Origin: Bacteroidota bacterium | GTDB lineage: Bacteria > Bacteroidota > Bacteroidia > Chitinophagales > JADIYW01 | NCBI GenBank assembly: GCA_039797705.1 | Contig: JBDKHK010000035.1 | Location: 1 to 62,431 of the forward strand | Reading direction: 5' to 3' | DNA length: 62,431 nucleotides | Shown here: in pieces, positions 26,912 through 36,730 of the stretch | Position numbering within the stretch: position 1 is the first letter of the stretch | Layout: every line of letters begins with the position of its first letter | The notes under the pieces: model-generated | The model's input: the letters and a program-made list of their open reading frames with translations, nothing else | Told to the model about the DNA's origin: nothing | Databases searched by the model: none | Program-made: the position numbers and the translations under genes

Positions 26912-27084
26912 TCTCTAAAAAAAGTGAATTTCAAATTTAAACAATATTTTTTGATAAATAAAACAGAGAATAGATAGACCTAGCAAGTTTTTTAAAACCG
27001 ACCAAGTCTATTCACCTTGAGATATAAAAACACTTGATGGTTTTAAAATATTTACTATTTTTGATATAATAAAACCCTTTCTTC

Positions 27085-28551
27085 ATGAGAAATACAAAAT
27101 CACTAAGGATATTGGTGTGTACAGCGTTAGCAATTGTGTTTATTAACGCTTGTACAAAGACAGAAAGTAACACTGTTCAACTTAATAAAGAAACTTCGAC
27201 CGCAAGAAAAGGAAATAATGCGGATGAAAAGACTTTGGAATATTATGCAAACCTGCTATCACCTACAAGAGATATTACTAACTTTAGTAAAATGAGAAAT
27301 ACTTTACCACCAAAGCCTGTTTTAAGATACGGCGGCGGTGGTGGAAGAGACTCTTCAGATTGTTATACATTACCACCTTGTAATGGAATAACCTTTCCCT
27401 TGTACCCGGGCTGGTCGTGTGATGTAAGACCAGCAACAGATACTTTTTATAATGTAATTAGTTATTATGGACGTTATGGTTCTGACCCAAGACAACAGTA
27501 TTATGTTTATTCTCCTCATTTTTATCCTGGACAGGAAGGCCCTAATTCACCAATAGTTGTGCTGGTACATGGCTGTGCATGGTTTATGGGACCAAATCCT
27601 GACGAAGTATATGGATAGAATCTTGGTTTTACACAAAATACAGGAGATAATCTGGTAAAAAATTTATTGGATAATGGATATATAGTAGTTTCTTTATTGT
27701 ACAGGCTTGTGCAATATGGGAAAGATAATACGGAAATAACAAGCAATACAACAACATGGCAAACCCAAATAGACGATATAGATGCCGCCATTCAACATAT
27801 AAAAACAAATTTTCCCGGATGTTTGGGGTTGAATGCCAACAGCATACAGGTATTAGGCGAGAGTGCGGGCGGACATTTAGCATTAATGTGGGCTTACTCA
27901 AAAAACACCATTTCTAGCAGTTATATAAAATCGGTAGTTTCTTGTTACGCACCAACAAATATGCAGCAATTTGGAGATGTTACAAGAAATAATCCGCTAA
28001 AGTATAATTGCGGAGCACCATACCTTGACATTTGCTTAAATCTTTTACCCTATGTGCCTCACTACTTACTTGTTCATACAGCAAATACTATGGATATATA
28101 TAACACATACAGTCCTATGATGTGTGTACCGGGTGTGTCTTGCTTTTTGGGCAGCAACACACTACAAAATGATTTTAGGGTAATAGATTCTTCATATAAT
28201 ATTTTACAAAGTGCTGTTGCAACAGTAATAACTAATCCAAGTTCTAATGTCACATTAGGCACATATAGTCCAAAAAATGCTTTAAACTCAAGTAGAGTAA
28301 TACCAACCTATATACTACATGGCAACAATGACTTAATAGTGCCCTACAATAAAGCTACTGCAGGAATGAAAACCGCTCTGACCAATACAGGCGGATTAAT
28401 AGATTCAATTAACACAACAGGTATTATCAGTTATAATTTTAATCAAAATAATAAGCATTTGATACAAACTGTACCGGGTGCAAATCATGGTTGGGCTGGT
28501 TTAAGTTCAGGAAATTTGGACAATATACGGCATAATATCATTTATGGTTAA
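27085..28551 (+). pseudogene. Lipoprotein alpha/beta-hydrolase (esterase/lipase-like) interrupted by one in-frame TAG at 27616-27618
   Basis: ORFs 27085-27618 and 27667-28551 are in the same frame with one stop between them. The first part carries a lipobox (VFINAC) and an oxyanion-hole-like VLVHGCAW. The second part carries the nucleophile elbow GESAGG, Asp in HGNNDLIVP and His in GANHGW. Confidence 0.6.
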
Positions 28552-28587
28552 ATGGGCACAAATAGCAACAACATAAATATCTTATAC

Positions 28588-29448
28588 ATGAAAAATTTAT
28601 TTTATCTCTTATTCAGTCTTGTAATTCTATTGAGCTGTGAGCACGAAAAGAATACAACACCAACCAATAAACTGGAAGGCAAACCCAAAACCTTAGAAAT
28701 AACGGCAAGCAATGGCGACGGAAATCATTTGCTGTATTATATTTATGATACTGCGAGCGGTGTATTTTACGGTTTGGTAAGCGATAGTCTGCAAATTACT
28801 GTTTCCGACAAAGCAGACAATATAGTAAAGGTGCGCATTGCAGCCCTTTCCTCTAATCCTGCTTTTAACGCAACGATATTGTATAAAGTTTATATGTCCG
28901 ATGATGACCGTATTGAAACCATAACCAAAGTAGATACTATTGCTGCGGAAGAAACAGCAGCCTATACCATGCATTACGAAAGCAATGCAGTAGATACTTT
29001 TACGGATGTGCAACCCTCTAATTTATTTGCAAATAACATTACTAATTATAACTATCAGTATGACGGCAACAACTATACCAAGCAAAAATTATTGTGGTAT
29101 TCTTTAGACCTTGTATTAGGAATCCGTTCCGCAGAAGACAGCATAACCTATACTTATACCACTTTGCCAAATAATAATTTTGTTCCGATGCAGATACCTT
29201 ATTTATCCGCAGGCTATGCCATAACAGGGAGTGTGGAGAATAACCTGCTGTTGTATGCTTTGGCACTAAAAGGCTATACGGTTTTCAGAAAAAATACTTA
29301 TCTGATACAGTCTTTAATCTCTGCTCATTATAACAGAACAATAAATTACCATTACACCTTAAACAGCCTTAACCAAGTATCAGAACTGTCTTTTTCCGCT
29401 ACCGGCGATGCGGTAATATTTAATAGTTATAAACTGACATATTATTAA
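28588..29448 (+). CDS. Hypothetical lipoprotein (paralog of 58150-58962)
   Basis: Lipobox MKNLFYLLFSLVILLSC. The alternative ATG at 28552 abuts the upstream stop. It is collinear with the 58150 protein (NYQYDGNNYTK vs HFEYTNGNCTK; C-terminal ...SYKLTYY vs ...SYQSMTYF). Confidence 0.55.
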   Translation: MKNLFYLLFSLVILLSCEHEKNTTPTNKLEGKPKTLEITASNGDGNHLLYYIYDTASGVFYGLVSDSLQITVSDKADNIVKVRIAALSSNPAFNATILYKVYMSDDDRIETITKVDTIAAEETAAYTMHYESNAVDTFTDVQPSNLFANNITNYNYQYDGNNYTKQKLLWYSLDLVLGIRSAEDSITYTYTTLPNNNFVPMQIPYLSAGYAITGSVENNLLLYALALKGYTVFRKNTYLIQSLISAHYNRTINYHYTLNSLNQVSELSFSATGDAVIFNSYKLTYY

Positions 29449-29547
29449 AATAAAAAAAATATTTTATATAACCCTGTTTTATACTTTTATGTGGAGCAAT
29501 GGACATTTTTGTAGATAACTTCACTTCTATAATCCTCTCTCAAAAAG

Positions 29548-29555
29548 TATCTTTG
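29548..29555 (+). promoter_or_regulatory. -7 promoter box (TAnnTTTG)
   Basis: TATCTTTG ends only 7 nt before the helicase ATG. This implies a leaderless or near-leaderless mRNA if the box is used. Confidence 0.3.
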
Positions 29556-29562
29556 TGCGACC

Positions 29563-31884
29563 ATGCGCGAATTATCCGAATTAAATGAGGCACAATTAAA
29601 TGCCGTTACCACCATAAACGGCCCAGTAATGATTATTGCTGGCCCAGGTTCGGGCAAAACCCGTGTATTGACTTATCGCATTGCTTACATGTTGCAGAAT
29701 GGAGTAGATTCCTTTCGGATAATGGCACTTACTTTTACCAACAAAGCATCTGCCGAAATGCGTGAGCGTATTTCTCATATCGTTGGTAATGAAGCCCGTA
29801 ACTTGTACATGGGCACATTTCACTCGGTGTTTGCCCGCATTCTGCGGGCAGAAGCACACCGCTTGGGCTATCCTAATAATTTTACCATTTATGACCCAGA
29901 TGACTGCAAAAGTTTATTAAAAAGTATTATAAAAGAAGAGGGATTAAACGATAAATTATATAAACCAGCTACTGTTTTCTACAGAATATCTGCCGCCAAA
30001 AATGCATTAATCAATGCTCAAAAATACGCAATAGATATAGACTTGGTTTCGGATGACGAAAGCAGTGGACGACCAAAAATAAAAGAACTGTTTGCAAAAT
30101 ATCAAGATAGATGTTTTAAAGCAGGAGCAATGGATTTTGATGATTTATTGTTGAAAATGCATGAGTTAATCACCAAATTTCCCGATGTGTTACACAAATT
30201 GCAAAACCGATTTGAATATTTTATGATAGATGAGTTTCAGGATACCAATGAGGCTCAATATAAAATAGTAAAATTGCTGTCTGCCAAAAATGAAAATGTA
30301 TGCGTAGTAGGCGATGATGCACAAAGTATTTATGCTTTTCGTGGAGCAACTATCGAAAATATCTTAAATTTTGAACGCGATTATCCTGATTTAAAAGTGT
30401 TTAAATTGGAGCAAAATTATCGCTCGACAGAACATATTGTAAACGCCGCCAATGAAATTATTGGTAACAACAAAAGTCAATTAGCCAAACAAATATGGAC
30501 AGAAAATAAAGGTGGCGAAAGAATAAAAGTATATCAAACCGCCAGCGATACCGACGAAGCACGCATTGTGGCAGATACTATTTTCAACCAAAAAATGAGG
30601 CAACATTTGCGTCATTCCGAATTTGCCATTTTGTATCGTACCAATGCGCAATCTCGTTCTTTTGAGGAAGCGTTGCGAAAATTAAATATTCCATATAAAA
30701 TTTATGGCGGACTTTCTTTCTATCAACGAAAAGAAATAAAAGATTTTATTGCTTATTTAAGAGTAGTGGTCAATCCTAATGATGAGGAAGCATTAAAGCG
30801 CATTATTAATTATCCCGCCCGTGGCATTGGAAACACGAGTATCGATAGGCTGATAGTAACAGCAAACGAGCATGATTTGCCACTTTGGCATGTGGTAGAA
30901 AAACCGGAAATTATAATAGATATGCAAGGACGAGGTAAGCAATCTATCCGAGATTTTAGCATTATGATTAAAAGTTTTAGGGCGATGCTTTCTTCGAAGA
31001 ATGCGTATGAAATTGCAGAATATATAGGCAAACAAACAGGCATTATTCAGGAATTATATAAAGACAAAACAGCAGAAGGAATTTCTCGTTTTGAAAATAT
31101 TCAAGAATTATTGAATGGGATAAAAGAATATACCGTTGGTGAAAAACAGGAATATGAAGAAGATGAAGTGCGCCCAGAAAATGATTTGGCAGCTTACCTT
31201 CAGCAGATTTCTTTGCTCACCGATATGGACGACAGTAAAGATGAAAACAAGGAAAAAGTAAAGCTAATGACCATTCATGCCGCTAAAGGATTGGAGTTTA
31301 CCAGTGTATTTGTGGTAGGCTTGGAAGAGAATTTATTCCCGTCCATTATGTCGATGAATACAAGAGAAGAACTGGAAGAAGAACGCCGTTTATTTTATGT
31401 TGCCGTTACGCGTTCCAAAAAATTACTTACGCTTTCTTATGCTTTAACACGCTATAAATTTGGTCAATTAAACTATGGAGAACCCAGCCGTTTTATTGAT
31501 GAAATTACCGATGAGAATAAACAGTTTTTTGGGCAAAAAGAACCTGCAACATCCAAACAGACAGCATCTTTTGGTGGGAATAATGAATCTTCTAAATGGT
31601 ATATGAATAAGCAATATCAGAAAAAAGAAGAAGCGCCCAAGCCAACCATTGAGCCTCCAAAAAATTTAACCAAAATTACTAAAGCAACCAATGGGAGTGC
31701 CATCCTTTCTACCGATTTAAAGTCTTTGGCGGTAGGCATGCAAGTGCTGCATGAAAAATTTGACAAAGGAAAAGTAATGGCGGTGGAAGGGATTGGTGAA
31801 AATAAAATCGCTACCATATTTTTTGATGGAATAGGCAATAAGAAAATCATGTTGAAATTTGCTAAATTGCAAATAGTAGAATAA
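29563..31884 (+). CDS. ATP-dependent DNA helicase, UvrD/PcrA/Rep family
   Basis: Walker A AGPGSGKT; motif II DEFQDT; VGDDAQSIYAFRGA; QNYRS; TIHAAKGLEF; VAVTRS. The C-terminal small beta domain is KGKVMAVEG...IFFDGIGNKKIML. Confidence 0.9.
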   Translation: MRELSELNEAQLNAVTTINGPVMIIAGPGSGKTRVLTYRIAYMLQNGVDSFRIMALTFTNKASAEMRERISHIVGNEARNLYMGTFHSVFARILRAEAHRLGYPNNFTIYDPDDCKSLLKSIIKEEGLNDKLYKPATVFYRISAAKNALINAQKYAIDIDLVSDDESSGRPKIKELFAKYQDRCFKAGAMDFDDLLLKMHELITKFPDVLHKLQNRFEYFMIDEFQDTNEAQYKIVKLLSAKNENVCVVGDDAQSIYAFRGATIENILNFERDYPDLKVFKLEQNYRSTEHIVNAANEIIGNNKSQLAKQIWTENKGGERIKVYQTASDTDEARIVADTIFNQKMRQHLRHSEFAILYRTNAQSRSFEEALRKLNIPYKIYGGLSFYQRKEIKDFIAYLRVVVNPNDEEALKRIINYPARGIGNTSIDRLIVTANEHDLPLWHVVEKPEIIIDMQGRGKQSIRDFSIMIKSFRAMLSSKNAYEIAEYIGKQTGIIQELYKDKTAEGISRFENIQELLNGIKEYTVGEKQEYEEDEVRPENDLAAYLQQISLLTDMDDSKDENKEKVKLMTIHAAKGLEFTSVFVVGLEENLFPSIMSMNTREELEEERRLFYVAVTRSKKLLTLSYALTRYKFGQLNYGEPSRFIDEITDENKQFFGQKEPATSKQTASFGGNNESSKWYMNKQYQKKEEAPKPTIEPPKNLTKITKATNGSAILSTDLKSLAVGMQVLHEKFDKGKVMAVEGIGENKIATIFFDGIGNKKIMLKFAKLQIVE

Positions 31885-31908
31885 GATTTCTTAGAGAAAA
31901 TCAATTGA

Positions 31909-32970
31909 ATGAACAATAATGAAAACACAAACACCATCCAAGAAGAGTGGTATTGGATAGACTATCTTAGGGTTTTTGCCACCTTTGGTGTTATATTATT
32001 GCATACAGCAGCTCCTTTAGCTAACCAATATGGAATAGTTTCTAATTATGACTGGTGGATAGGAAATATTTATAATAGTATTACTCGGTTTTGCGTTCCT
32101 GTCTTTTTAATGATTTCTGGGGCTCTTATTTTTTCAAAAACATATAATTCCACTAATGATTTTTTAAAAAAAAGAGTATCCAAAATAATAGTTCCTTTTC
32201 TGTTTTGGAGCATGATATATATTGCCCGAGGAATATTTTTTAAATTTCGCAGTGGTGAAGATATAACGATAATAGATGTATTAAAATTTATTTTCCTAAA
32301 ACTTGTAACTGGTGCAAGTGTTCATTTATGGTATGTATATTTAATTATTGGGCTTTATTTATTTTTTCCCATCATCGGAAAATGGATACACGGGAGTTCA
32401 CTTCGAGACATAAGATACTTTATTATTATTTGGATAATTACGATTTTTGTACAATTACCTTTTATAAATAGCTATTTTCCAAAGATAAATCTGCTTTATT
32501 TTTCAGGATATATCGGCTATCCTATCTTAGGTTATTTTCTTAGTAAAACGAATGGTTCATTTTGGAAAAAAAATGGCTTCCAATTGTTGTTTTTTCTAAT
32601 TGGAAGTTTAATTACCATATTAGGAGCATACTTTATGGCAATACAAAAAACAGGAAAATACCAGTCTTTTTATGGCTACCTAACTCCAAATGTTTTACTA
32701 ACATCTATTGCCATTTTTTTACTGTTCAAAAACCGTCTGTCATTTAAATCCAATCCACCTGCACTTCTCCTCTTTTTTAGTAAATATAGCTACGGTATCT
32801 ATTTGGTTCATCTTTTAGTTTTATGGATATTAAGAATGGTTGGAGTTTCTCAAAATTTTATCAACCCAATTATTGGAATCCCGATGACCAGTTTGTGGTG
32901 TTTAGTTTTTTCTGCTTTAATTATTTGGACGGTTAATAAGATGCCCATGGGAAAATACATTTCAGGATAA
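31909..32970 (+). CDS. Acyltransferase family 3 membrane protein
   Basis: About 10 TM helices. The N-terminal WIDYLRVFATFGVILLH motif is typical of acyltransferase_3. Confidence 0.7.
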   Translation: MNNNENTNTIQEEWYWIDYLRVFATFGVILLHTAAPLANQYGIVSNYDWWIGNIYNSITRFCVPVFLMISGALIFSKTYNSTNDFLKKRVSKIIVPFLFWSMIYIARGIFFKFRSGEDITIIDVLKFIFLKLVTGASVHLWYVYLIIGLYLFFPIIGKWIHGSSLRDIRYFIIIWIITIFVQLPFINSYFPKINLLYFSGYIGYPILGYFLSKTNGSFWKKNGFQLLFFLIGSLITILGAYFMAIQKTGKYQSFYGYLTPNVLLTSIAIFLLFKNRLSFKSNPPALLLFFSKYSYGIYLVHLLVLWILRMVGVSQNFINPIIGIPMTSLWCLVFSALIIWTVNKMPMGKYISG

Positions 32971-33016
32971 AACACTCTATTTTAACAGGTAATATCTGCT
33001 GATATTTATTGTATTT

Positions 33017-34900
33017 TTGCGAGAAGTGAAGAGAACGCTGTTTTTATATATCATTATTCATCTTAGTTTCCTTTCGTTTGGACAAATTCAAATTACGAAA
33101 CCTAATCCTAAGTTATTTTTTGATGCTAAATATGTAACGTTAGAAAACCCAATACCTCGCCGTCCGGATTCTATCATTGCTACCGTGCATCGTTTTGCTA
33201 CCATTGAAAGACAATTTGTACCCTATTATGATTTAGGAAATAATGGAACAGCCTATTATTCTCTGATGTTTACACACCATAACCCTATAGGTTTCAAACA
33301 CGGTTTTAATTCTTTTGATTTATACTTTATTCAACCCAATAAAGTAAAATATTATAATACAAAAACACCCTACACAAACCTTGATTTTGTTTTTGGGGGA
33401 AAAGAAGAGGTAATGGGAGGAGCAGAATTTGCTATTAATATAAAACCTAATGCAAGTATCGCTTTCGACTATCATAGAAATAATTTTAAAGGAAGAAGTC
33501 AAAATCAATTATCTATTCATAATCTTTTTTCCATACAAAGCGCTTTTCAGAGTAAAAATAAACGATATGAATTAAACGCTGCCTTTATTTATAATGGCAT
33601 AAAAAATCAGGAAAATGGAGGATGGGCGCAAACAGATGCTTTTACCAATCCATTTTACAAAAATAATAAACGATTTATAAACGTTCATTTGAGCAACGCC
33701 CTAAATAAATGGAGCGAACGCAATTTTAATTTCTCTGAACAAATTAATTTGGGCAAAAAAACAGAAGTACAAATTAATGATTCTACCAAACGAAAGATTG
33801 TAGTACAACCAAAATTTGCCATAGTGCACAATTTTGAATTTTCTGACTGGAAATTTCGATATAAGGATTTTGTAAAAGACTCTGCATTTTATCCAAGGTT
33901 ATTATACAATACAGATTCAACAGATGATTACACCAAAACATGGAAATTAAGCAATGGTATTTATTTTAAAAATCTTCAAAACGATACACTGCCTAAAAAA
34001 TTTCTATTTACTGCCGGAATGCAATATAGCTTAATTAGGTATCGACAACGTTTTACCGACCAGCTCCTTCATGACATACAATTAAAAGCAAAAATTTATA
34101 ATCAAGCAGATTCTGCCTTCTTTGGTTATTCTGTAGATGCTACCGTTGATATTGCTCCTAAGTACATTGGGGATTTTGAAGTAAATTTTTTAGGAAAATT
34201 AAATTTTAAAAAAGATATTTCTATTGGTATAAATGGCAATATTTCACTGGCTTCGCCTTCCCAAAAAGAGGAATTTTATTATGGCAATCACTACACTTAC
34301 ACTAATTCTTTCAAAAAAATATTTCAAGTCAAAACAGAAGCTAATTTTATATGGCGAAAACAATTATTATTTGCATCCATACAAGATTATTTGATTCATC
34401 ATTATATATACAATGACACCGCTTCTATTCCACAGCAATACAACAAACCATTGAATGTATTGGTAGTAAAATTGCAAAAAGATTTTAATACAAAACACAT
34501 TTATTCAGGAACAGAATTATATGTACAATGGGTTTCTAATAATAATATTGTACGTTTGCCCGTTTTTGCCATGAAGCAAACTTTGTATTACAAAGGAGGG
34601 TGGATTTCGGGAAAATTAAATGCCTATTTAGGGTTTGATATTATGTACAATACCAACTTTAAAGGCAATGCATACAATCCTTCATTGGCGGTGTTCTATC
34701 AGCAAAACAACCAACCACTAAAATTTTATCCTGTAATGGATTTATTCTTTAGCTTGCGCGTTCGTTTTACTAATATTTTCTTGCGGGTAGAACATGTAAA
34801 CCAAGGAATGTTTAAACAAAAAGGAATATATACTGCACCTAATTACGGATATTTAGACAGAACATTCCGTGTGGGTGTTAAATGGCAATTTTACGATTAA
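33017..34900 (+). CDS. Large outer-membrane beta-barrel protein (putative porin family)
   Basis: 627 aa with a signal peptide (…LSFLSFGQ). Rich in Tyr/Asn/Phe strands, and ends ...FRVGVKWQFYD. The start is TTG 33017 or GTG 33026, overlapping a TATTTTTG box (33012-33019). Confidence 0.45.
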   Translation: MREVKRTLFLYIIIHLSFLSFGQIQITKPNPKLFFDAKYVTLENPIPRRPDSIIATVHRFATIERQFVPYYDLGNNGTAYYSLMFTHHNPIGFKHGFNSFDLYFIQPNKVKYYNTKTPYTNLDFVFGGKEEVMGGAEFAINIKPNASIAFDYHRNNFKGRSQNQLSIHNLFSIQSAFQSKNKRYELNAAFIYNGIKNQENGGWAQTDAFTNPFYKNNKRFINVHLSNALNKWSERNFNFSEQINLGKKTEVQINDSTKRKIVVQPKFAIVHNFEFSDWKFRYKDFVKDSAFYPRLLYNTDSTDDYTKTWKLSNGIYFKNLQNDTLPKKFLFTAGMQYSLIRYRQRFTDQLLHDIQLKAKIYNQADSAFFGYSVDATVDIAPKYIGDFEVNFLGKLNFKKDISIGINGNISLASPSQKEEFYYGNHYTYTNSFKKIFQVKTEANFIWRKQLLFASIQDYLIHHYIYNDTASIPQQYNKPLNVLVVKLQKDFNTKHIYSGTELYVQWVSNNNIVRLPVFAMKQTLYYKGGWISGKLNAYLGFDIMYNTNFKGNAYNPSLAVFYQQNNQPLKFYPVMDLFFSLRVRFTNIFLRVEHVNQGMFKQKGIYTAPNYGYLDRTFRVGVKWQFYD

Positions 34901-34904
34901 AAAA

Positions 34905-36089
34905 ATGAAAAAAATATTATTTCTTACACCCACTTTACCATATCCACCCGTTAGCGGTGGCGTAATAAAATCGTTTAAAGTTGTTCAATATTTAAGCACA
35001 CAATACGAACTGACAGTTGCTTGTTTATTAAAGAATGAAGACCCACAATATGTTGATGAATTTCTAACAGTTGTAAATCTATCAGATTTTATTGCCGAAG
35101 AATGTAATACTCCGCGTACTGCAAAAAACTTCCTTTTATCCAATTTACAAGGCGTTCCACTAAATCTATATCGCAATAAATCTGCCACATTTAAAGCAAA
35201 AATCGAAAATATTATTCATCAATATGAAGTAGTATTTTGCGACCATTATGTGATGTTTCAATACATTCCAAAAAATTATAAAGGAAAAATTATTTTACAT
35301 GAACACAATTGTGAGTATTTAATCTGGAAGCGTTTTGCAGGGATTGAAACCAATAAATTAAAAAAAATAGCTTTGCTCAATCAGGCATCACGTATTAAAC
35401 AGTACGAACAACAAATTTGTGATAGAGCTTCCATCGTTTTAGCAGCTCCAAATGATACCGATGAATTAGTAAAAATTGGTGCAGACAAATCGAAATTTAT
35501 CGAAACTTATCACCTCGGTGATGATGCCTTACTCCAGCTTCCCAATCTTGAGTATGACCAAACGGAGTTAGCATTGCTGTATGTAGGAACACTGAGTTGG
35601 GAAGCAAATATTGATGGATTGGTCTGGTTTTATCAAGAAGCATGGCAAGACATAAAAAAACAATTTCCTGAAATAAAACTATACATCATCGGAAAACATC
35701 CTGATAACAGAATAAAAGAAATAGCAGCAAAAGACACCGCTATCATTCTTACCGGATTTGTAGAAGATATAGAGCCCTATTTCCAACGTTCGAGAATATT
35801 TATTACACCGCTTCGTTTTGGTAGTGGCATAAAAGTAAAAGTGGTGAATGCCTTATACAGAGGTATTCCTTGTGTAACCACTTCAATTGGAGTGGAGGGC
35901 TTGAAAGCAGTCAATGGTAAACATCTTTTCTATAAAGACACCGCAGAAGATTACGTAGCAGCCATTTCCGTTTTGCTCACCAACATAGAACTGTGGCATA
36001 TATTCCGAGACAACTCCAGAGCTTTAGCTCAGCAATATTATACTTGGGATTATGTGCTGGAAAATATTAAAATAGCAATTGAAAAATAG
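34905..36089 (+). CDS. Glycosyltransferase family 4 (GT-B fold)
   Basis: MKKILFLTPTLPYPPVSGG N-terminus and a C-terminal GT1 motif FITPLRFGSGIKVKVVNALYRGIPCVTT. ATG at 34905 is preferred over GTG at 34869. Confidence 0.8.
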   Translation: MKKILFLTPTLPYPPVSGGVIKSFKVVQYLSTQYELTVACLLKNEDPQYVDEFLTVVNLSDFIAEECNTPRTAKNFLLSNLQGVPLNLYRNKSATFKAKIENIIHQYEVVFCDHYVMFQYIPKNYKGKIILHEHNCEYLIWKRFAGIETNKLKKIALLNQASRIKQYEQQICDRASIVLAAPNDTDELVKIGADKSKFIETYHLGDDALLQLPNLEYDQTELALLYVGTLSWEANIDGLVWFYQEAWQDIKKQFPEIKLYIIGKHPDNRIKEIAAKDTAIILTGFVEDIEPYFQRSRIFITPLRFGSGIKVKVVNALYRGIPCVTTSIGVEGLKAVNGKHLFYKDTAEDYVAAISVLLTNIELWHIFRDNSRALAQQYYTWDYVLENIKIAIEK

Positions 36090-36629
36090 CTATTTATATT
36101 TGATATAGAAGGAGCCTCGACATCGTAAAGTCTTAGTGGCTCCAGAAACAAATTCGTTATTCACATCAAAACTTCCCTTCACTTCCTTTGCTGCGATATT
36201 GTGTTCAGAAATAATAATCTTACCGTGTGGCATCACAAAAATTCTTCGAACGCCATTAATAACCTTAATGATTCCGAACTCTGCCGATGTTATGCCGGGT
36301 GGTGTTAATTCTGTCAAGTATGTTCCAGGAGCAGAACTATATGTTTTAAACCCCACAAGTCCTGCCAATTTATTTCCATCCATTTCAATACCTGCAACCC
36401 CCAAACTGTCATCTACCAAACTATTCAAAGTGTCTATCGCTGTGATGTTCATCACAAAGGAAGTATCTCCAGTTACAATAATTTGAAACTTGTTTAAAGT
36501 AGTATTACTGGTATCTACTCCTATAACGCCACCAGGATTAGGAATTGCCTTGTTTCCTACACTGCAAGCAGAAATAACCGTTGCAATAAAAGCAATAAAC
36601 AAGAAATTATAGATAGAGCGAGTTTTCAT
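36090..36629 (-). CDS. Hypothetical lipoprotein
   Basis: 179 aa with lipobox FIATVISAC. Its stop abuts the GT4 stop (convergent genes, 0-nt gap). Confidence 0.5.
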   Translation of the reverse strand: MKTRSIYNFLFIAFIATVISACSVGNKAIPNPGGVIGVDTSNTTLNKFQIIVTGDTSFVMNITAIDTLNSLVDDSLGVAGIEMDGNKLAGLVGFKTYSSAPGTYLTELTPPGITSAEFGIIKVINGVRRIFVMPHGKIIISEHNIAAKEVKGSFDVNNEFVSGATKTLRCRGSFYIKYK

Positions 36630-36710
36630 TTATCGCCTTAAAGATAATAGAATTTCTTTATTTCAAGGATTATTTAAGAATTTTAAGAAATAGATTGTCT
36701 TTTAATTCCT

Positions 36711-36718
36711 TACTTTTG
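36711..36718 (+). promoter_or_regulatory. -7 promoter box (TAnnTTTG)
   Basis: TACTTTTG lies 12 nt upstream of the gldA ATG. Confidence 0.35.
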
Positions 36719-36730
36719 TGAGATAATTAT

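Noticed and set aside
27522-27901. Minus-strand ORFs (89 and 90 aa) spanning the in-frame stop of the esterase gene, as an alternative explanation for the split.
   Set aside because: They have no motifs and a hydrophobic junk-like composition. The plus-strand frame keeps hydrolase motifs on both sides of the stop.
29563-31884. The UvrD-family helicase as part of a defence system (for example with adjacent unknown lipoproteins).
   Set aside because: It has the full housekeeping PcrA/UvrD motif set and the usual C-terminal small beta domain. Its neighbours are an unrelated lipoprotein and an acyltransferase, with no nuclease or methylase partner.
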